From Malacoraja senta (Eukaryota): a DNA stretch of 64,000 bases. Of this stretch, positions 39,765-54,158 are shown in pieces. The number at the start of each line of letters is the position of its first letter. Within the stretch, counting starts at the first letter, position 1. Below the pieces are notes generated by a model, which was given only the letters and a program-made list of their open reading frames with translations, did not search any database and was not told the origin of the DNA. The position numbers and the translations under genes were made by a program. The stretch lies in contig CM075997.1 of the NCBI GenBank assembly GCA_038087875.1, positions 7,876,001 to 7,940,000 on the forward strand, written 5' to 3'.

Positions 39765-40445
39765 ATCTGTCAAGGACCCTGACAACCTTTTCATGTGAGG
39801 CAAAGGTTTACTTGCACTTCCTCCAACCTCATCTACTGTATCCACTGTTCCAAGTGTGGACTCCTGTATATCGGCGAGACCAAGCGGAGGCTCGGCGATC
39901 GTTTCACTGAACACCTCCTAACCTACCTGATCTATCTGTTGCGAAACACTTTATCTCCCCCTCCCATTCCCACACTGACCTTTCTGTCCTGGGCCTCCTC
40001 CACTGTCAGAGTGAGGCCCAGTGCAAATTGTAGGAACAGCACCTCATATTTTGCTTGAGCAGCTTACACCCCAGCAGTATGAATATTGACTTCTCTAACA
40101 TCAAATTACCCTTGCTTTACCTCTCTCTCCATCCCTCCCCCTTCCCAGTTCTCCAACCAATCTGACTGTCCCCCCTGATAAAATGTTATCTTTGATTGCT
40201 TTGTTGTCACCTTCTCCTAGCTAACAATGACCTATTCTACATTTTCCATGGTCTTCATCTCTTTTGATAATTTACACTTCCTTATCTCTGTGACACCCTC
40301 TCCCCTGACTCAATCTGAAGAGGGGTCTCAACCCGAAACATCACCCATTCCTTCTATCCCAAGATGCTGCCTGTCCTGCTGATTTACTCCAGCATTTTAT
40401 CTATCTTCAGTGTAAACCAGCATCTGCAGTTCCTTCCTACATAAT
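39765..40445 (+). mobile_element. Penelope-like element 3' part: GIY-YIG endonuclease remnant plus 3' region with a hammerhead-like motif
   Basis: FTCTSSNLIYCIHCSKCGLLYIGETKRRLGDRFTEH; CTGAAGA-ggggtctcaaccc-GAAAC at ~40315-40340. Confidence 0.85.
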
Positions 40446-40577
40446 CCATCTGTCATGCACCTCCCTTCCCTTCCCTGGCTCCACCTGCCCTCAATTCACC
40501 AATCACCCCTCGCTCCTGTCTCACCCCTCCCCCTCTCCTCTTTATACCAATCCTCTTTATCTCCTATCTCCACTGTC

Positions 40578-40885
40578 GTTTAGTTTAATTTAGTTTAGAG
40601 ATACAGTGTGTAAACAGGCCCTTTGGCCCACTGACACCGCGTCGACCAGAGATCACCCTGTACACTAAAATTTTCCTACACAATTTACAATTTTATGAAA
40701 CCAATTAACCCACAAACCTGTATGTCTTCAGAGTGTGGGAGGAAACCGGAGCTGCCTGAGAAAACCAAGGCAGGTCACGGGGAGAACATACAAACTCTGT
40801 ACAGACTGCACCCATGGTCAGGATCGAACCTGGGTCTCTGGTGCTGTAGTGCAACAACTCTACCGCTGTACCACCGTGCCACCCT
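40578..40885 (-). mobile_element. HE1-like V-SINE, near full length
   Basis: (gttta)n tail, V-domain-like core and tRNA-like head on the minus strand. Confidence 0.8.
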
Positions 40886-41283
40886 CATGCAGTGTTTCCA
40901 CCTGAAATGTCAATCATTCCTCCCTCCCTCCCCACAGATGCTGCTCGACCCCCTAAATCCCTCCACCACATTGTGGATTCTCTTCAAAAGTTCATTTCAA
41001 TTGAAATCAACGGAAGTGAATTTCAGAAGAAGACAGCACTGTCTGCTGTACCATGTGGTGAGTTGATGGATCAGAGGAGACATCTCCAAAGCCCCGCCTC
41101 TGCAAAGCCATCTCCAGATGCCCAGCTACCTGCAGGGCTGAAACCCTGGATAACTTATCAAATTCATTCAGGCTTCATTGGCCTTTGTCATTCAAGGCCC
41201 CAGCCTGGTGCTAACGACCTGCACAATTAAACATTTGAGCAAGGCAGAGGAAGCCACAAAATTAAGCGGGTGCTGAACATTAC

Positions 41284-41415
41284 TTGGTGAGCCGCACTTC
41301 CAGGTGATTGGTCAGGTATTCAACAGGTAAGATGATGTGGTCGAAGACAATCAGCTCCGGCAGGTGGTTGATGGTCTTGCTGTACTCGGTGAGGGTGAGG
41401 TGATGCTTATCCATG
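41284..41415 (-). CDS. NCKAP1L: NCKAP1L-like coding exon (132 bp)
   Basis: tttcag|CATGGAT...ACCAA|gtaatg; MDKHHLTLTEYSKTINHLPELIVFDHIILPVEYLTNHLEVRLT. Confidence 0.9.
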
Positions 41416-41556
41416 CTGAAACACACATGCTACTTCTCACAATCAATCTCTCATCATCAATAAATATATCTTAAATACTAAGTCACGCTAGACAGCAAAT
41501 GCTGGAATCAAGCAAAACACAAAGTGCCAGAGGAAATCAATGGGTCAGGCCTCATC

Positions 41557-41850
41557 TTTAGTTTAGTTTAGAGATACAGTGCGGAAACAGGCTCTTAGGC
41601 CCACCGAGTCCGTGCCGACTAGTGATCCCAATACACTAGCACCATCCTACACACTTGGGGAAAATTTACAATTTTTATCGAAGCAAAATTAACCTACAAA
41701 CCTGTATGTCTTTGGAGTGTAGGAGGAAAATGGAGCACCCAGAGAAAACCCACGTGGTCACAGGGAAAACGCAAAAAAACGATGTACACGTAGTTAGGAT
41801 CAAACCTGAGTCTCGGGCGCTGTAAGGCAGCAACACTATGCCACCCTAAA
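41557..41850 (-). mobile_element. HE1-like V-SINE
   Basis: Same consensus as the other copies. Confidence 0.8.
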
Positions 41851-42034
41851 TCGGGGGAAGGAATGGACAGACAAGGTTACAGGTCAAGACCCCTCTTAGC
41901 CTAAGGAATGTCCCAAACCAAAACGACACCTGTCCATTTCCTCCACAGATGCTGCCTGACCCACTGATTTATTTTAGCATCTGTATTATCTTAAGCGATA
42001 GTGCGGTTGTTTCTTTTTCAATAGAAAGCAGGGG

Positions 42035-42275
42035 AACTAGTTCTATGTTATCCCACTTTCCCATCCATTCACATGAGAGGGAATTTACAGACGGCAATTA
42101 ACCAACAAGCCTGCACGTCTTTGGAATGTGGGACGAAACCGGAGCACCCAGAGAAAACCCATGTGGTCACAGGGAGAATGTACAAGTTCCATACAGACAG
42201 CCCCCTATAGTCAGGATCGAACTCGAGTCTCTGGCGCTGTGAAGGATCAGCTCTCCCGCTGCACCAACATGCCGC
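42035..42275 (-). mobile_element. HE1-like V-SINE
   Basis: Same consensus as the other copies. Confidence 0.75.
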
Positions 42276-42319
42276 CTCTGGAGTAGGAGTCGCGCTGCTA
42301 ATCAGGGAGCCAGTCACGG

Positions 42320-44660
42320 CCGCTCTTAGAGAGGGCACACTGGAGGCAATATAGGTGGAGCTTAAAAATAAGAAAGGTGCAAGTATTCTAATGGGATTGT
42401 ACTATAGGCTTCCTAATAGCAAGCGGGAGATAGAGGAGCAGATATGTGGAGAGATTTCCAAAAGATCCTAATGCAACAGCGTTATCTTGGAGGGTGACTT
42501 TAACTCAGAGTCATAGTCATAGAGCATGGAACCAGGCCCTTCAGCCGAATTTGCCCATGCTAACCTTGGGTTACACTAGTCCCATCTGCCTGTGTTTGGC
42601 CCATATCCTTCTAAACCTTTCCTATTCATGCACCTGTCCAAATGACTTTCAAATGTTGTTATAGTACCTGCCTCAACTACATTCTTTGGCAGCTCGTTCC
42701 CTACACCCAACACCTTCTGTGAAAAGGTTGCTCCTCAGGTTCCTATTACATTTTTCCCCTCTCACCTTAAACCAAAGGTTCCCCAACTCTGGGTAAAATA
42801 CTCTGTGCATCTACTCTATCTATTCCCCTCTTGATCTCATACACCTCTATAAGATCCCCCCCTCAGCCTCCAGCGCTCCATCAAATAAAATGCTAGCTTG
42901 CCCAACCTCTCCCTATCGCCCAGCCTCTCATGTCCTGGCAACATCCTCATAAATCTTCTCTTTCCACCTTAACATCTTTCCAATAGCAGCGTAAACTAAA
43001 CTGAACACAGTACTCCTAAAGTAGCCAATATTTGCCACTTGCTCAGTGCCAAAGGCTTAGATGGGGCAGAATTTGTGAGGTGTATCCAAGAGGGATACAC
43101 ATACTGTTCTTAAAACAGTATGTGTAAAGTCCAACCTGAGAAGGGAAGATACTAGACCTTCTGTTGGGAAATGAGCCCGGACACGTGACTGGTGTTTCAG
43201 TGCAAGAGCCTTTTGGGGATAGTTTTAAGATTGGGCCTTGCAGAAAAGTGCTAAATTGGAGTAAGGCAAACTACAACTTTATTAGACAAGAGCTTGGGAT
43301 GCTAGACTGGGAGCAATTATTATTGAGTAAGTCTACATCTGACATGTGGGAGTATTTTAAAGACCAGTTGATTAAAGTTCAGAACCAGTGTGTTCCAGTG
43401 AGGAAGCGAGATTAGGATGACAAAGTAAGGGTACCATGATTGACCGAAGACGTTGTAAGTCGGTGAAAAAGAAAAAGGAGCGCATGCAAGATTCATGAGG
43501 ATGGAAGCAAACACGGCCTTGGAGAAATATAAAGAGGATAGAACCCAAGTTCATTTCACTTCATATCACCTACGAAAATAAGTAACCTATTTACAGTTAG
43601 AACACCCAAATTTATTTTATTATTTTTTCATAAAGATTGGCCATTATATCCCAGGAATTAACAAAGAAGAAATAAAATGAAAATAAGATGAAAGGTTTTG
43701 ATAAATGCCCCATTAACCATTTTTGTCAGTGGCTTCCACCAGATGCCTCAGAGGTGCCTCAGGTATCAGTGCTAGGTCATGCTGTTTGTGGTTTATTTTA
43801 TGTAGATGAGAATATACAAGGCAGAATTGGTAAGTTTGTAGCTGACAGTAAAGTGGGTGGTATCATGGATGGTGCATATAGTTTTCACAGGAGGCTCATG
43901 ATCATCTGGACAAATGGACTGAGGAACAGCCGATGGAGATGTCATGTGTCAGGTGTTGCATTATGTGAAGTCAAACCAGGACACAACCTTTACAGTGAAT
44001 TGTAGGCCCCTGGGGCATGTTGCAGAGCAGAGGGGTCTAGTTCACTGAAATTGATGTCACAGGGAGATAGGTTGGTGAAGAAGGCTTTTGGTACATTGGC
44101 TTTAATCAGTCAAGGTTAGAAGTTGGGACATTATGTTTCAGTTCTACAAGACAGTGAGTTTGGAGTATGTGGTTCAGTTTTGGTCATCCTGCTATAGAAG
44201 GATATCATTAAACTGGCAAAAGTGAAGAAAAGATTTACAAGGATGTTGCTAGGACTTGAGGTACTGAGCTATAGGGGAAGGGTAGGCAGGCTGGGACTAT
44301 ACGCCTTGGAGCACAGAAGGCTGAGGGGCGATCGTATAGAGGAGAATAAAATCATGAGAGAAATTGACAAGAGTGAATGCAGTTTTCTGACCAGGGAATG
44401 TGGGTCAAGAACCATAAATTTAAGGTGAGAAGGGAACCTGAGGGGCAACCTTTCATTCATAGTGTAGTGGGTATATGGAACAAGCAGCCAGAGGAGGTAG
44501 TTGAGGCATGTAAAATTACAGCATTTAAAAGACACTTGTTCAGAATTCTCAGGGGATATAGGGCAACCATGGGCGAATCGAACTAGCTTTGATGGGGCAG
44601 GCAGGTTTGACAAGTTGGGTCAAAGGGCCTGTTTCCATGCCATACCAAACTATGACTCTG
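42320..44660 (+). mobile_element. Old degraded CR1 with a nested inverted CR1 3' fragment (~42507-43025)
   Basis: EN-region peptides (LNWSKANY) and RT C-terminus KRFTRMLLGLE. Confidence 0.7.
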
Positions 44661-45218
44661 GCTTTAACTGCCCCAGGTGCATATTGCCCGTGCTCTTTTT
44701 TCCTCCCACCCCCAAGCCTGCCTCATTGCGAGTTTTCCCATCCCACCACAACTCAGTCCCTGAGCAGAATTCTCTCAAACTGTTTCCCAACTTCTACCAT
44801 TTGCAATTGGACATCTGTTGCACAAATCTCAGTGGCCATCGAGTGACCTTCCCTGGTGCCAGCTAATTCCCAATCATTTCTTCCACCATCTTTCAATGTT
44901 GTATTCAAGGTCTTTCAGAGTTAAATGGCACAAAAGCACATGCCTCGAAGCCCTTCATACTGAGCTGATGATACAACAGCCCTAACTGTCTATGGGTGGA
45001 TGCCTCACCAGGATAATGTACCTGGTAGCTAAATCGTGATGGTGTTGGGAGCACTGTGGTCACACGTATGTTGCCCAGTGTCAAGGTCAATGTGTCACCA
45101 CATAGTCCATCTCTGAGGGACAGTGAGTAGAATGGCTCACTGACCAATTTGTCAGTCATCACCGACCTATGCAATTGGGCTGCTTGCAAGAGTCATATCT
45201 CCTCAAACCTTCACCTAC

Positions 45219-45358
45219 GTGGTGACGATGAGTCGGTCCTTTCGCTGGCTCTCGATACCCGGCTTCTCACGGTTGGTCTCGACTTTCTTGTTGGCGGGTT
45301 TCTTTTGCTTCTTTTTGACAACTTTGCTGATGGTATGAGCAGTGTACTTGGGCAAGAG
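45219..45358 (-). CDS. NCKAP1L: NCKAP1L-like coding exon (140 bp)
   Basis: ccacag|CTCTTG...ACCAC|gtaggt; [46 protein letters not shown]. Confidence 0.9.
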
Positions 45359-45545
45359 CTGTGGAGAAATGAGCCGGAAGGAGTGTTTCTCAGTACAATT
45401 TTAGTTTAGTTCAGAAATACAGCGCCGACTAATGATCTTTGTAGTGTGGAAGAAGCCCAAGCAGGTCATGGGGAGAACACACAAAATCCATACAGACAGC
45501 ACTGGTAGTCAGGCTCGAACCCAGGTCTCTGCACTTTATGGCGCC

Positions 45546-46822
45546 AGAATCGGTCAAAGTCAGCATGGATTTATGATGGCAAATACTTGCTTGACTAATC
45601 TTCTGAAATTTTCGAGGGTGTAATAAGTAGAATGGATAAGGTAGAGCCAGTGGATGTGGTGCATCTGCACTTTCAACAAGCCTTTGACAAGGTCCCACAC
45701 AAGAGATTAGTGTGCAAAATTCCACATGGTTTTGGGGTAGGCTCTTGACATGGATAGAGAACTGGTTGGCAGAGTAGGAATTAACGGGTCCTGTTCAGAA
45801 TGGCAGGCAGTGATTAGTGGGGTGCCGCAACGTTCAGCGTTCGGACCCCAATTATTTACAATATATTAACTATTTAGACGAAGGAATTAAATGTAACATC
45901 GCCAAATTTACAGATGACACAAAGCTGGGTGGCAATGTGTACTGCGAGGAGGATGCTATGAGAATGCAGGGTGAATTGGATAGGTTGGGTGAGGGGGCAG
46001 ATGTAGTATAATGTGGATAAATGTGAGGTTATCCACTTTGGTGGCAAGAACAAGAAGGCAGATTATTATCTGAATGGTGTCAGATTAAAAAAGGGGAGGT
46101 GCAACGAATCCTGGGTGTCCTTGTTCATCAGTCACTGAAAGTAAGCATGCAGGTGCAGCGGGCAGTGGTTAGCAAATGGCATGTTGGCCTTCATAGCGAG
46201 AGGATTGGAGTATAGGAGCAAGGAGGTCATACTGCAGTTGTACAGGGCCCTGCTGAGACCACACCTGGAGTATTGTGTGCAGTTTTGCTCTCCTAATTTG
46301 AGGAATTAATTCTTGCTATTGAGGGAGTGCAGCGAGTTTCACCAGGTTAATTCCCGGGATGACGGGACTGACATATGATGAAACTATGGATCAACTGGGC
46401 TTACAGTCACTGGAATTTAGAAGGATGAAAGGGACTCTTATAGAAACATATAAAATTCTCAAGGTATTGGACAGGGTAGATGCAAGAAAAATGTTCCCGA
46501 TGTTGGGGGAGTCCAGAACCAGGGGTCACAGTTTAAGAATAAGGGCTAAACCATTTAGGACTGAGATTAGGAAAAACATTTTCACCCAGAAAGTTGTGAA
46601 CCTGTGGAATTCTCTGCCACTGAAGGCAGTGGAGGCCAATTCACTGGATGTATGTAAGGGAGAGTTAGATATAGCTCTTAGGGCTAACAGAATCAAGGGA
46701 TATGGGGACAAAGCAGGAACATGGTATTGATTTTGGATGATCAGCCATGATCATAATGAATGGCGGTGCTGGCTCGAGAGGCTGAATGGCCTACTCCTGC
46801 ATCTATTTTCTATGTTTCTATC
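45546..46822 (+). mobile_element. CR1 LINE RT and 3' portion
   Basis: SQHGFM...AKFTDDTKLGG...IFTQKVV, followed by the tail. Confidence 0.85.
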
Positions 46823-46891
46823 TATCTACTGCCCAGCAGTTACAGAGCTGCCAGTCTGAGGAAGAGATTCTTCATCCACAACCTTACTCAC

Positions 46892-47011
46892 CTTCTCACT
46901 CAGGTTGCGTTGCTCCAAGCAGAGCTCAATAATACATATGCTAGCTTGCTTGGTGATTTCATCCAGAAAATTGGCACATAACTTAACGCTTCGACTTTGG
47001 AGGACAGGGTA
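46892..47011 (-). CDS. NCKAP1L: NCKAP1L-like coding exon (120 bp)
   Basis: ctgcag|TACCCT...GAGAAG|gtgagt; YPVLQSRSVKLCANFLDEITKQASICIIELCLEQRNLSEK. Confidence 0.9.
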
Positions 47012-47635
47012 CTGCAGAGAGAGACAAGACACTTCCATTAGCAACTGCATTAAGGCAGGCCAGCACCAAAAACCCCAGAGAGATTCCCATCGTGTAATGG
47101 CATCAGAATACTTCCGTCAGTCCCAATTTAAACCTTAATCTCCAAGCACTGTGTGCCTCTCTTGTACATTAACATATATCATAAATATGCATGGGCTCAT
47201 CTGACACGGATTGAATAAACAGCAGCCCGGTGGGGTCTGAGTCTCTAAACCACCCACCACAAGATGGCAACGGCTGTAGAGGAACAGCCCACCCAGTTGC
47301 CCATCTCCAAGTGGACAGAACTCACACATCCCCCGTCACACATCTCCAGTGATGTCGAAAATTACTCTGTCGGATCTTTCAGAATTGTTTGAGTGTGCTA
47401 GGTGTTCAATGTACAATCACCTGCTATCTCGTGACATTCTGCAGTCTGTACCAAAACCCATTTACTCACCTCCATCCTCACCTACCAAAGAACCATCCAT
47501 CATAGATTTACAAAGATTTAATTAATCCCACATTGTAGTGGGGGGTTGGAATGTGCTTCTGAGGGGGGGAGGGATGGGGGAGGAGGGGGTGGGGAGGCAG
47601 ATATATGTGGCGTTTAAGAGGCTTTTTGAGAGGCA

Positions 47636-49037
47636 CAGTATAATGTGGATAAATGTGAGGTTATCCACTTTGGTGGCAAGAACAGGAAGGCAGATTATTA
47701 TCTGAATGGTGTAAGATTAGGAAAAGGGGAGGTGCAATGAAACCTGGGTGTGCTTGGACATCAGCCACAGAAAGTAGCATGCAGTACAGCAGGCAGTGAA
47801 GAAAGCTAATGGCATGTTGGCCTTCATTGCGAGAGGATTTGAGTTTAGGAGCAATGAGGACGGAGCATGGACGAGGTACTGCAGTTGTACAGGGCCTCAG
47901 TGAGACCGCACCTGGAGTATTGTGTGCAATTTTGGTCTCCTAATTTGAGGATGGACATTATTGTTATTGAGGGAATACAGAGTAGGTTCACCAGGTTAAT
48001 TCCCAGGATGGCGGGACTGACATATGATGAAAGAATGGGTTCGACTGGGCATGTAACTCTCTTCTTTTCGGAATCAATTCCAGCAGCATCAAACGACTCC
48101 AACTGGTCCAAAATGCAGCCGCTCGACTCATTACCCACACCAAATCCTGGCACCACATCACCCCAGTTCTCAAAGAACTTCACTGGCTTCCCATTTCCCA
48201 CCGGATCACCTACAAAATCCTGGTCCTCACCTACAAAGCCCTCAACAACCTGGCCCCCCCTTATCTCATTGACCTCCTCTCCCCCTACCAACCCTCACGG
48301 TCCCTCAGATCCACATCAGCTGGTCTCCTCTCCACTCCGAAATCAAACCTCTGCACTTTTGGAGGCAGAGCCTTCTCCAGGGCAGCTCCCAGGCTCTGGA
48401 ATTCCCTCCCACAACCGGTCTGAAATTCTGAGTCTCTCACCATCTTCCAGTCCCGCCTCAAGACCCATCTCTTCACCTCTGCATACCCTTAGTCCCATGC
48501 TCCCCTCACCTCTGTCTTACTGCTCTATTTTGTTTTGTTTATTCCTGACTCTCAATTGTAAAGCGACTTTGAGTCCTGAAAAGCGCTATATAAATAAAAT
48601 CTATTATTATTATTATTATGTATTCACTGGAATTGAGAAGGATGAGAGGAGATCTTACAGAAACAAATAAAATTCTTAAAGGATTGGACAGGCTAGCAAG
48701 ATGCAGGAAAAATGTTCCCGATGTTGGGGGAGTCCAGAACCAGAGTTCACAGTTTAAGAATAAGGGGTAGGCCATTTAGGACTCTGAGATGAGGAAAAAC
48801 CTTTTCAGCCAGTGAGTTGTGAATCTGTCACAGAAGGCAGTGCAGGCCAATTCACTGGATGTTTTCAAGAGCCAGTTAGATTTAGCTCTTAGTGCTAAAG
48901 GAATCAAGGGATTTGGGGAAAAGTCAGGAACGGGGTACTGATTTTAGATGATCAGCCAAAATCATATTGAATGGCGGTGCTGGCTCGAAGGGCCGAATGG
49001 CCTAGCCCTACACCTATTATTCTATGTTTTCTATGTT
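47636..49037 (+). mobile_element. CR1 3' portion interrupted by an L2
   Basis: RPHLEYCVQFWSP precedes the insert and the CR1 resumes at ~48620. Confidence 0.8.
48052..48620 (+). mobile_element. L2 LINE 3' fragment
   Basis: LQLVQNAAARLIT...HITPVLKELHWLP...RAFSRAAPRLWNSLP; tail tgtaaagcgactttgag...aaagcgctatataaataaaa followed by (tat)n. Confidence 0.85.
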
Positions 49038-50195
49038 TGGCACAAACATTGTGGGCCGAAGTGCTTGTTCCTGTAAGTTCTATTCCAGGCTCCATGTCCA
49101 GTAACCTCAGTTTTTTCTCCCTCCCCCCTCCCTCTCCATCTCCGATCCCAAATAATTTTCCTCTATTAACAATTCTTTCAGACTGATCAGATGGGATTAA
49201 CAAGCCTTTCCCACCCTCTCCATGTGTCATTCAGCCTCTCATGACCGTCATGACCCATTCCACTCCTTCCTCTTGTTTCCTTCGCCCTCCCCTCCCTCAA
49301 CCACCCTGCAACGCCAAACATACCCCATTTCCTCATCTCTGGGAAGGGCAATGACCGCAGCTACAACTCTGCTTCTTCCACAGATGCTGCTGGGTACCTC
49401 CCTGAGGATTACAGTATGTCAGAATTACCGGTCACACTGACATGTGGATCTGTTAGAGACAGCTATGAGTAGACTATGAAGGAAGAAACTCTTGTGTATT
49501 CGACTTGATACCCAGCCTTCAAGAGCCGCGGGTTGCTACATCCTCTTTCCGAGGAACTGCTGTCCCTTCATCTTGCTTTGGGCATCTCTGGAAACAGCAA
49601 TGATTTGGATGAGGATGGGCTGATCAGTAAGGTTACAGACGGAACGTAAATGGGTGGTCACATATAGGCTGGATAGGTTGTAAAATATATAGGTAACTGT
49701 TGATCAGCTGGACGGAACAGTGGGAGGTGCAATTTAACCTAGACAGGTGTAAGGTAATGTACTTTGTGAGGTCAAATTTTGGCAGGACATATATAATAAA
49801 TCGTAGGGAGTATTGGAGTGTCCTTAAGACACAAAGTGCTGGAGTAACTCAGTGGGTCAGGCAGCATCTCTGGAGGACATGGATTTAGGGTCTGAAGAAA
49901 GGTCCTGATATAGCTCTAGGGGCTAGCGGAATCAAGGGATATGTGGAGAAGGCAGGCATGGGTTACTGATTGTGGATGATCAGCCATGATCACAATGAAT
50001 GGCGGTGCTGGCTCGAAGGGCCAAATGGCCTCCTCCTGCACCTATTTTCTATGTTTCTATGAAACGTCACCTAGCCATATTCTCCAGATGCAGCCTGACC
50101 CACTGAGATGGATGTAGATACCATTGCACACCTGAAAACCCATTTGGTCAGGTACTAGGGCTCGATGCTCTTTCCTTCATGGCTTGATCTAAGTT

Positions 50196-51890
50196 TTAGA
50201 GTCATAGAGTCATAGACTCAGAGTGATACAGTGTGGAAACAGGCCCTTCAGCCCAACTTGCCCACACCGGCCAACAATGTCCCAGCTACACTTGTCCCAT
50301 ATGACTGCGTTTGGTCCATATCCCTCCAAGCCTCTCCTATCCATGTACCTGTCTAACTGTTTCTTGAACGATGGGATAGTCCCAGCCTCAACTACCTCCT
50401 CTGGCAGCTTGTTCCATACAGCCACCATCCTTTGTGTGAAAAAGCTACCCTCGGATTCCTATTAAATCTTTTCCCCTTCACCTTGAACCTATGTCCTCTG
50501 GTCCTCGATTCCCCTACTCTGGGCAAAATACTCTGTGCATCTACCCGATCTGTTCCTCTCATGATTTTGTATACCTCTATAAGTTCACCCATCATCCTCC
50601 TGCACTCCATGGAATAGAAACCGAGCTAACTCAACCTCTCCCTATAGCTCACACCCTCTCGTGCTGGCAACATCATCGTAAATCTATTCTGAACCCTCAC
50701 AAGCTTGACAATCTTTTCTGAACCCTTTCAAGCTTTACAGCAAAACAATTTCAAAATGTGCCAACGACACACACATTGGGGGTTGCCAAGGACAGTAACT
50801 GAGAAACATAGCAAATAGGTGCAGGAGGAGGCCATTCATTGTGATCATGGCTGATCGTCCCCTATCAATAACCCGTGCCTGCCTTCTCCCCATATCCCTT
50901 GACTCCACTAGCCCCTAGAGCTCTATCTAACTCTCTCTTAAATCCATCCAGTGACTTGGCCTCCACTGCCCGCAGGGAATTCCATAAATTCACAACTCTC
51001 TGGGTGAAAAGGTTTTTTCTCACCTCAGTCTTAAATGACCTCCCCTTTATTCTAAGACTGTGGCCCCTGGTTCTGGACCCGCCCAACATTGGGAACATTT
51101 TTCCTGCATCTAGCTTGTCCGGTCCTTTTTATAATTTTATATGTTTCTATAAGATCACCCCTCATCCTTCTAAACTCCAGTGAATACAAGCCTAGTCTTT
51201 TCAACCTTTCCTCATATGACAGTCCCGCCATCCCAGGGATCAATCTCGTGAACCTACGCTGCACTGCCTCAATCACAAGGATGTCCTTCCTCAAATTAGG
51301 AGACTAACACTATACACAATACTCCAGATGTGGTCTCACCAGAGCCCTATACAACTGCAGAAGAACCTCTTTACTCCTATACTGAAATCCTCTTGTTATG
51401 AAGGCCAACATTCCATTAGCTTTCTTCACTGCCTGCTGTGCCTGTAAGCCAACTTTCAGTGACCGGTGTACAAGGATGCCCAGGTCTCGCTGCACCTCCC
51501 CCTTACCTAGCCCTACCCCATTGAGATAATAATCTGCCCCCTTGTTTTTGCCGCCAAAGTGGATAACCTCACATTTATCTATATTATACTGCATCTGCCA
51601 TGCATCTGCGCACTCACTCAACCTGTCCAGGTCACCCTGCAACCTCCTAACATCCTCTTCACAGTTCACACTGCCACCCAGCTTTATGTCATCCGCAAAC
51701 TTGCTAGTGTTGCTCCTAATTCCCTCTTCCAAATCATTAATATATATGGTAAACAGTTGCGGCCCCAACACCGAGCCTTGCGGCACTCCACTCGCCACTG
51801 CCTGCCATTCTGAAAAGGATCCGTTCACTCCTACTCTTTGCTTCGGGTCTGCCAACCAATTTTCTATCCATGTCAACACCCTACCCATCC
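50196..51890 (-). mobile_element. Two adjacent minus-strand CR1 3' portions (~50196-50740 and family B ~50803-51890)
   Basis: Minus ORFs 51310-51942, 51052-51294, 50865-51098 and 50392-50610. Confidence 0.85.
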
Positions 51891-52104
51891 CTACCCATAA
51901 TGTTGCATCTACACTCGTCTCACCTGCCTGCATAAGACCCATATCCCTCTAAACTTTAATAGACTGCAAGTGGATTGAGGCAGCAGGCTGGTAGATGAGG
52001 GGACATAAAACATCAGTTGTACTACCTTGGTAGGAGGCGTGGAAGCACAGGGTACAATTAAATTTATTCAATTCTAAAAGACAATAAGAACAGAGAGATC
52101 TGTC

Positions 52105-52385
52105 TGTTTAGTTTAGAGATACAGCTTGGAAACAGGCCTTTCGGCTCACCGAGTCCTTGCCAACCAGTGATCCCCACACATTAACACTAACCTCCACATG
52201 GACAATTAACCTAAAAACCTGTACGTCTTTGGAGTGTGGGAGGAAACTGAAGATCTCAGAGAAAATCCACGCAGTCACAGGCAGAATGTACAAACTCCAT
52301 ACAGAGAGCACCCCTAATCAGGATCGAACCCGGGTCTCTGGCGCTGTAAGGCAGCAACTCTACTGCTGTGCCACCCTGCTGCCCA
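52105..52385 (-). mobile_element. HE1-like V-SINE
   Basis: Tail, V-domain-like core and tRNA-like head. Confidence 0.8.
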
Positions 52386-52399
52386 TGTCTGTGTGCAAT

Positions 52400-52870
52400 T
52401 CATTAGAAGAAGCAGGGCAGGTCCAGACCATCACACAAACCAACCTCCCTTCCATTAATTCCAGTTGCACCTCACGCTGCCTCTGCAAGGCCACCAGCAT
52501 AATCAAGAATGAGTCACATCTGGTAACTCCCTGTTCTCCCCTCTCCTATCAGGCAAAAGGTATAGAAGTGTGAAAAGCACACCTCCAGATTCAAGGGCAG
52601 TTTCTTCCCAGCTGATATCAGGCAACTGAACCATCCTACCAACAACTAAAGAGCAGTCCTGAGCTACTATATATCTTATTGTGGACTCTTGCACTATCTT
52701 TGGATTGGACTTTATCTTGCACTAACAAGTATTCAAATTGTTTCCTTCATTATGTAGTTGTACAGTGGATGGCCCAATTGTAATCATGTTTTGACTTTCC
52801 ACTGACTGATTACCACGCAACAAAAGCTTTGCACTGTACATCGCTACACGTGACAATAAAATCAAACTCA
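52400..52870 (+). mobile_element. Rex1/Babar 3' fragment
   Basis: SRCLCKATSIIKNESH; tail cacgtgacaataaa. Confidence 0.65.
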
Positions 52871-54158
52871 GGCTGGGAGATTGGTTGTAAAAGGCAGAGG
52901 CTCCTGGTGTTATAAATGGAGGCAGGGGGCACAAGAGCGAGGGTGTGTCCAAGAGCCTTTATAACACACTGGTCTCCCACACTGAAGGATTGTGGCCAGC
53001 TCTGGGCTCTGGAGAGGGACTCCAGTCCTGTGCATTAACTGAAGAAGCTGAAGTTGTTTTCCAGGGAACAGAGGGAGTGCCAAGATAAACTGAGGGAGTA
53101 ATTTAAAATAATCAAATATAGTGACAGAACGAGGAATAACTTATTTCATGCTGTGCATAGTTCGAGGCTGTGAGGGGCAGTTGGCGGTGTACATAAATTA
53201 ATGTTATGTTTTTAATAGTGAGAGGGATATGTATCTGAAAAGGTTGAGTTTGTAGTTCTCTGGTGAATGCGACTGACTGCATAAGGTCTGTATGTACTAA
53301 ATGGGCCCAATGGCCTCATCCTGTGCTGTAACCTTTCTTTGACCCTGGGCCAAAACACTGCACCAACTGCCGCGTGTGCCCAGAACTTCCTGGTTTTAGT
53401 TCAAATTTCCACCATGGCAAAAAGGTTCTGATTGTCAACCTCATCTCTGCCTTTCATAATTTTATATAGTTCTATTGTGCTTCCTCTTAACTTCCGTCAT
53501 TCAAGATAAATCAATCCAAGTTTATTCAATCTCTCCTTGTAGCTGCAACCCTCTAATCCAGGCAGCATTTTGGAAAATCTCCTCTCCAAAACCTCCATAT
53601 CTTTCCAGTAATGGGGTGACAGGGACTGCATGCAATACTCCAAATGTTGCCTAACCCCAAAGTTTTATTGACTTGCAACTTGACTTCCTGACACTTATAT
53701 TCAATGCCTTTAGCAATCAAGGCAGGCATACCATACACATTCTTCACCACCCCACCTTTACTGACCTATGAACTTGGACCCTAAGATCACTCTGCTCATC
53801 AAAGCTGTTAATGATCTTGCCATTCACTGCACGGTATCTCATTATATCCAACCCCACAAAGAGCAACACACCACACTTGCTTGGGTTGAACTTCATCTGC
53901 AATGTCTCTGCCTATTTCTGCAGCTGATCTACATCCCGCTGTATCTTCTGACAGCAGTCCGCACTGTCAGCAAACCTATTCAGCAACCAATCTACATTTA
54001 CGTCTAGGTCACTTTACATATATCACAAACAGCAGAGGTCCAAGCACAGATCAATGCGGAGCTCCAGTGCTCACAGATCTCCAGGCAGAAAACTAACCTT
54101 TCACCAAAATTCTCTGTCTTCTCTGATTAAGCAGACTAAAGAAGGTTCCCAACCCAAA

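Noticed and set aside
41246..41258. PU.1/ETS plus RUNX-like motif agaggaagccaca near an exon
   Set aside because: Short motifs occur by chance, and no conservation or chromatin evidence is available
47867..48670. 267-aa ORF
   Set aside because: Chance read-through of a CR1 fragment into an out-of-frame L2 insertion
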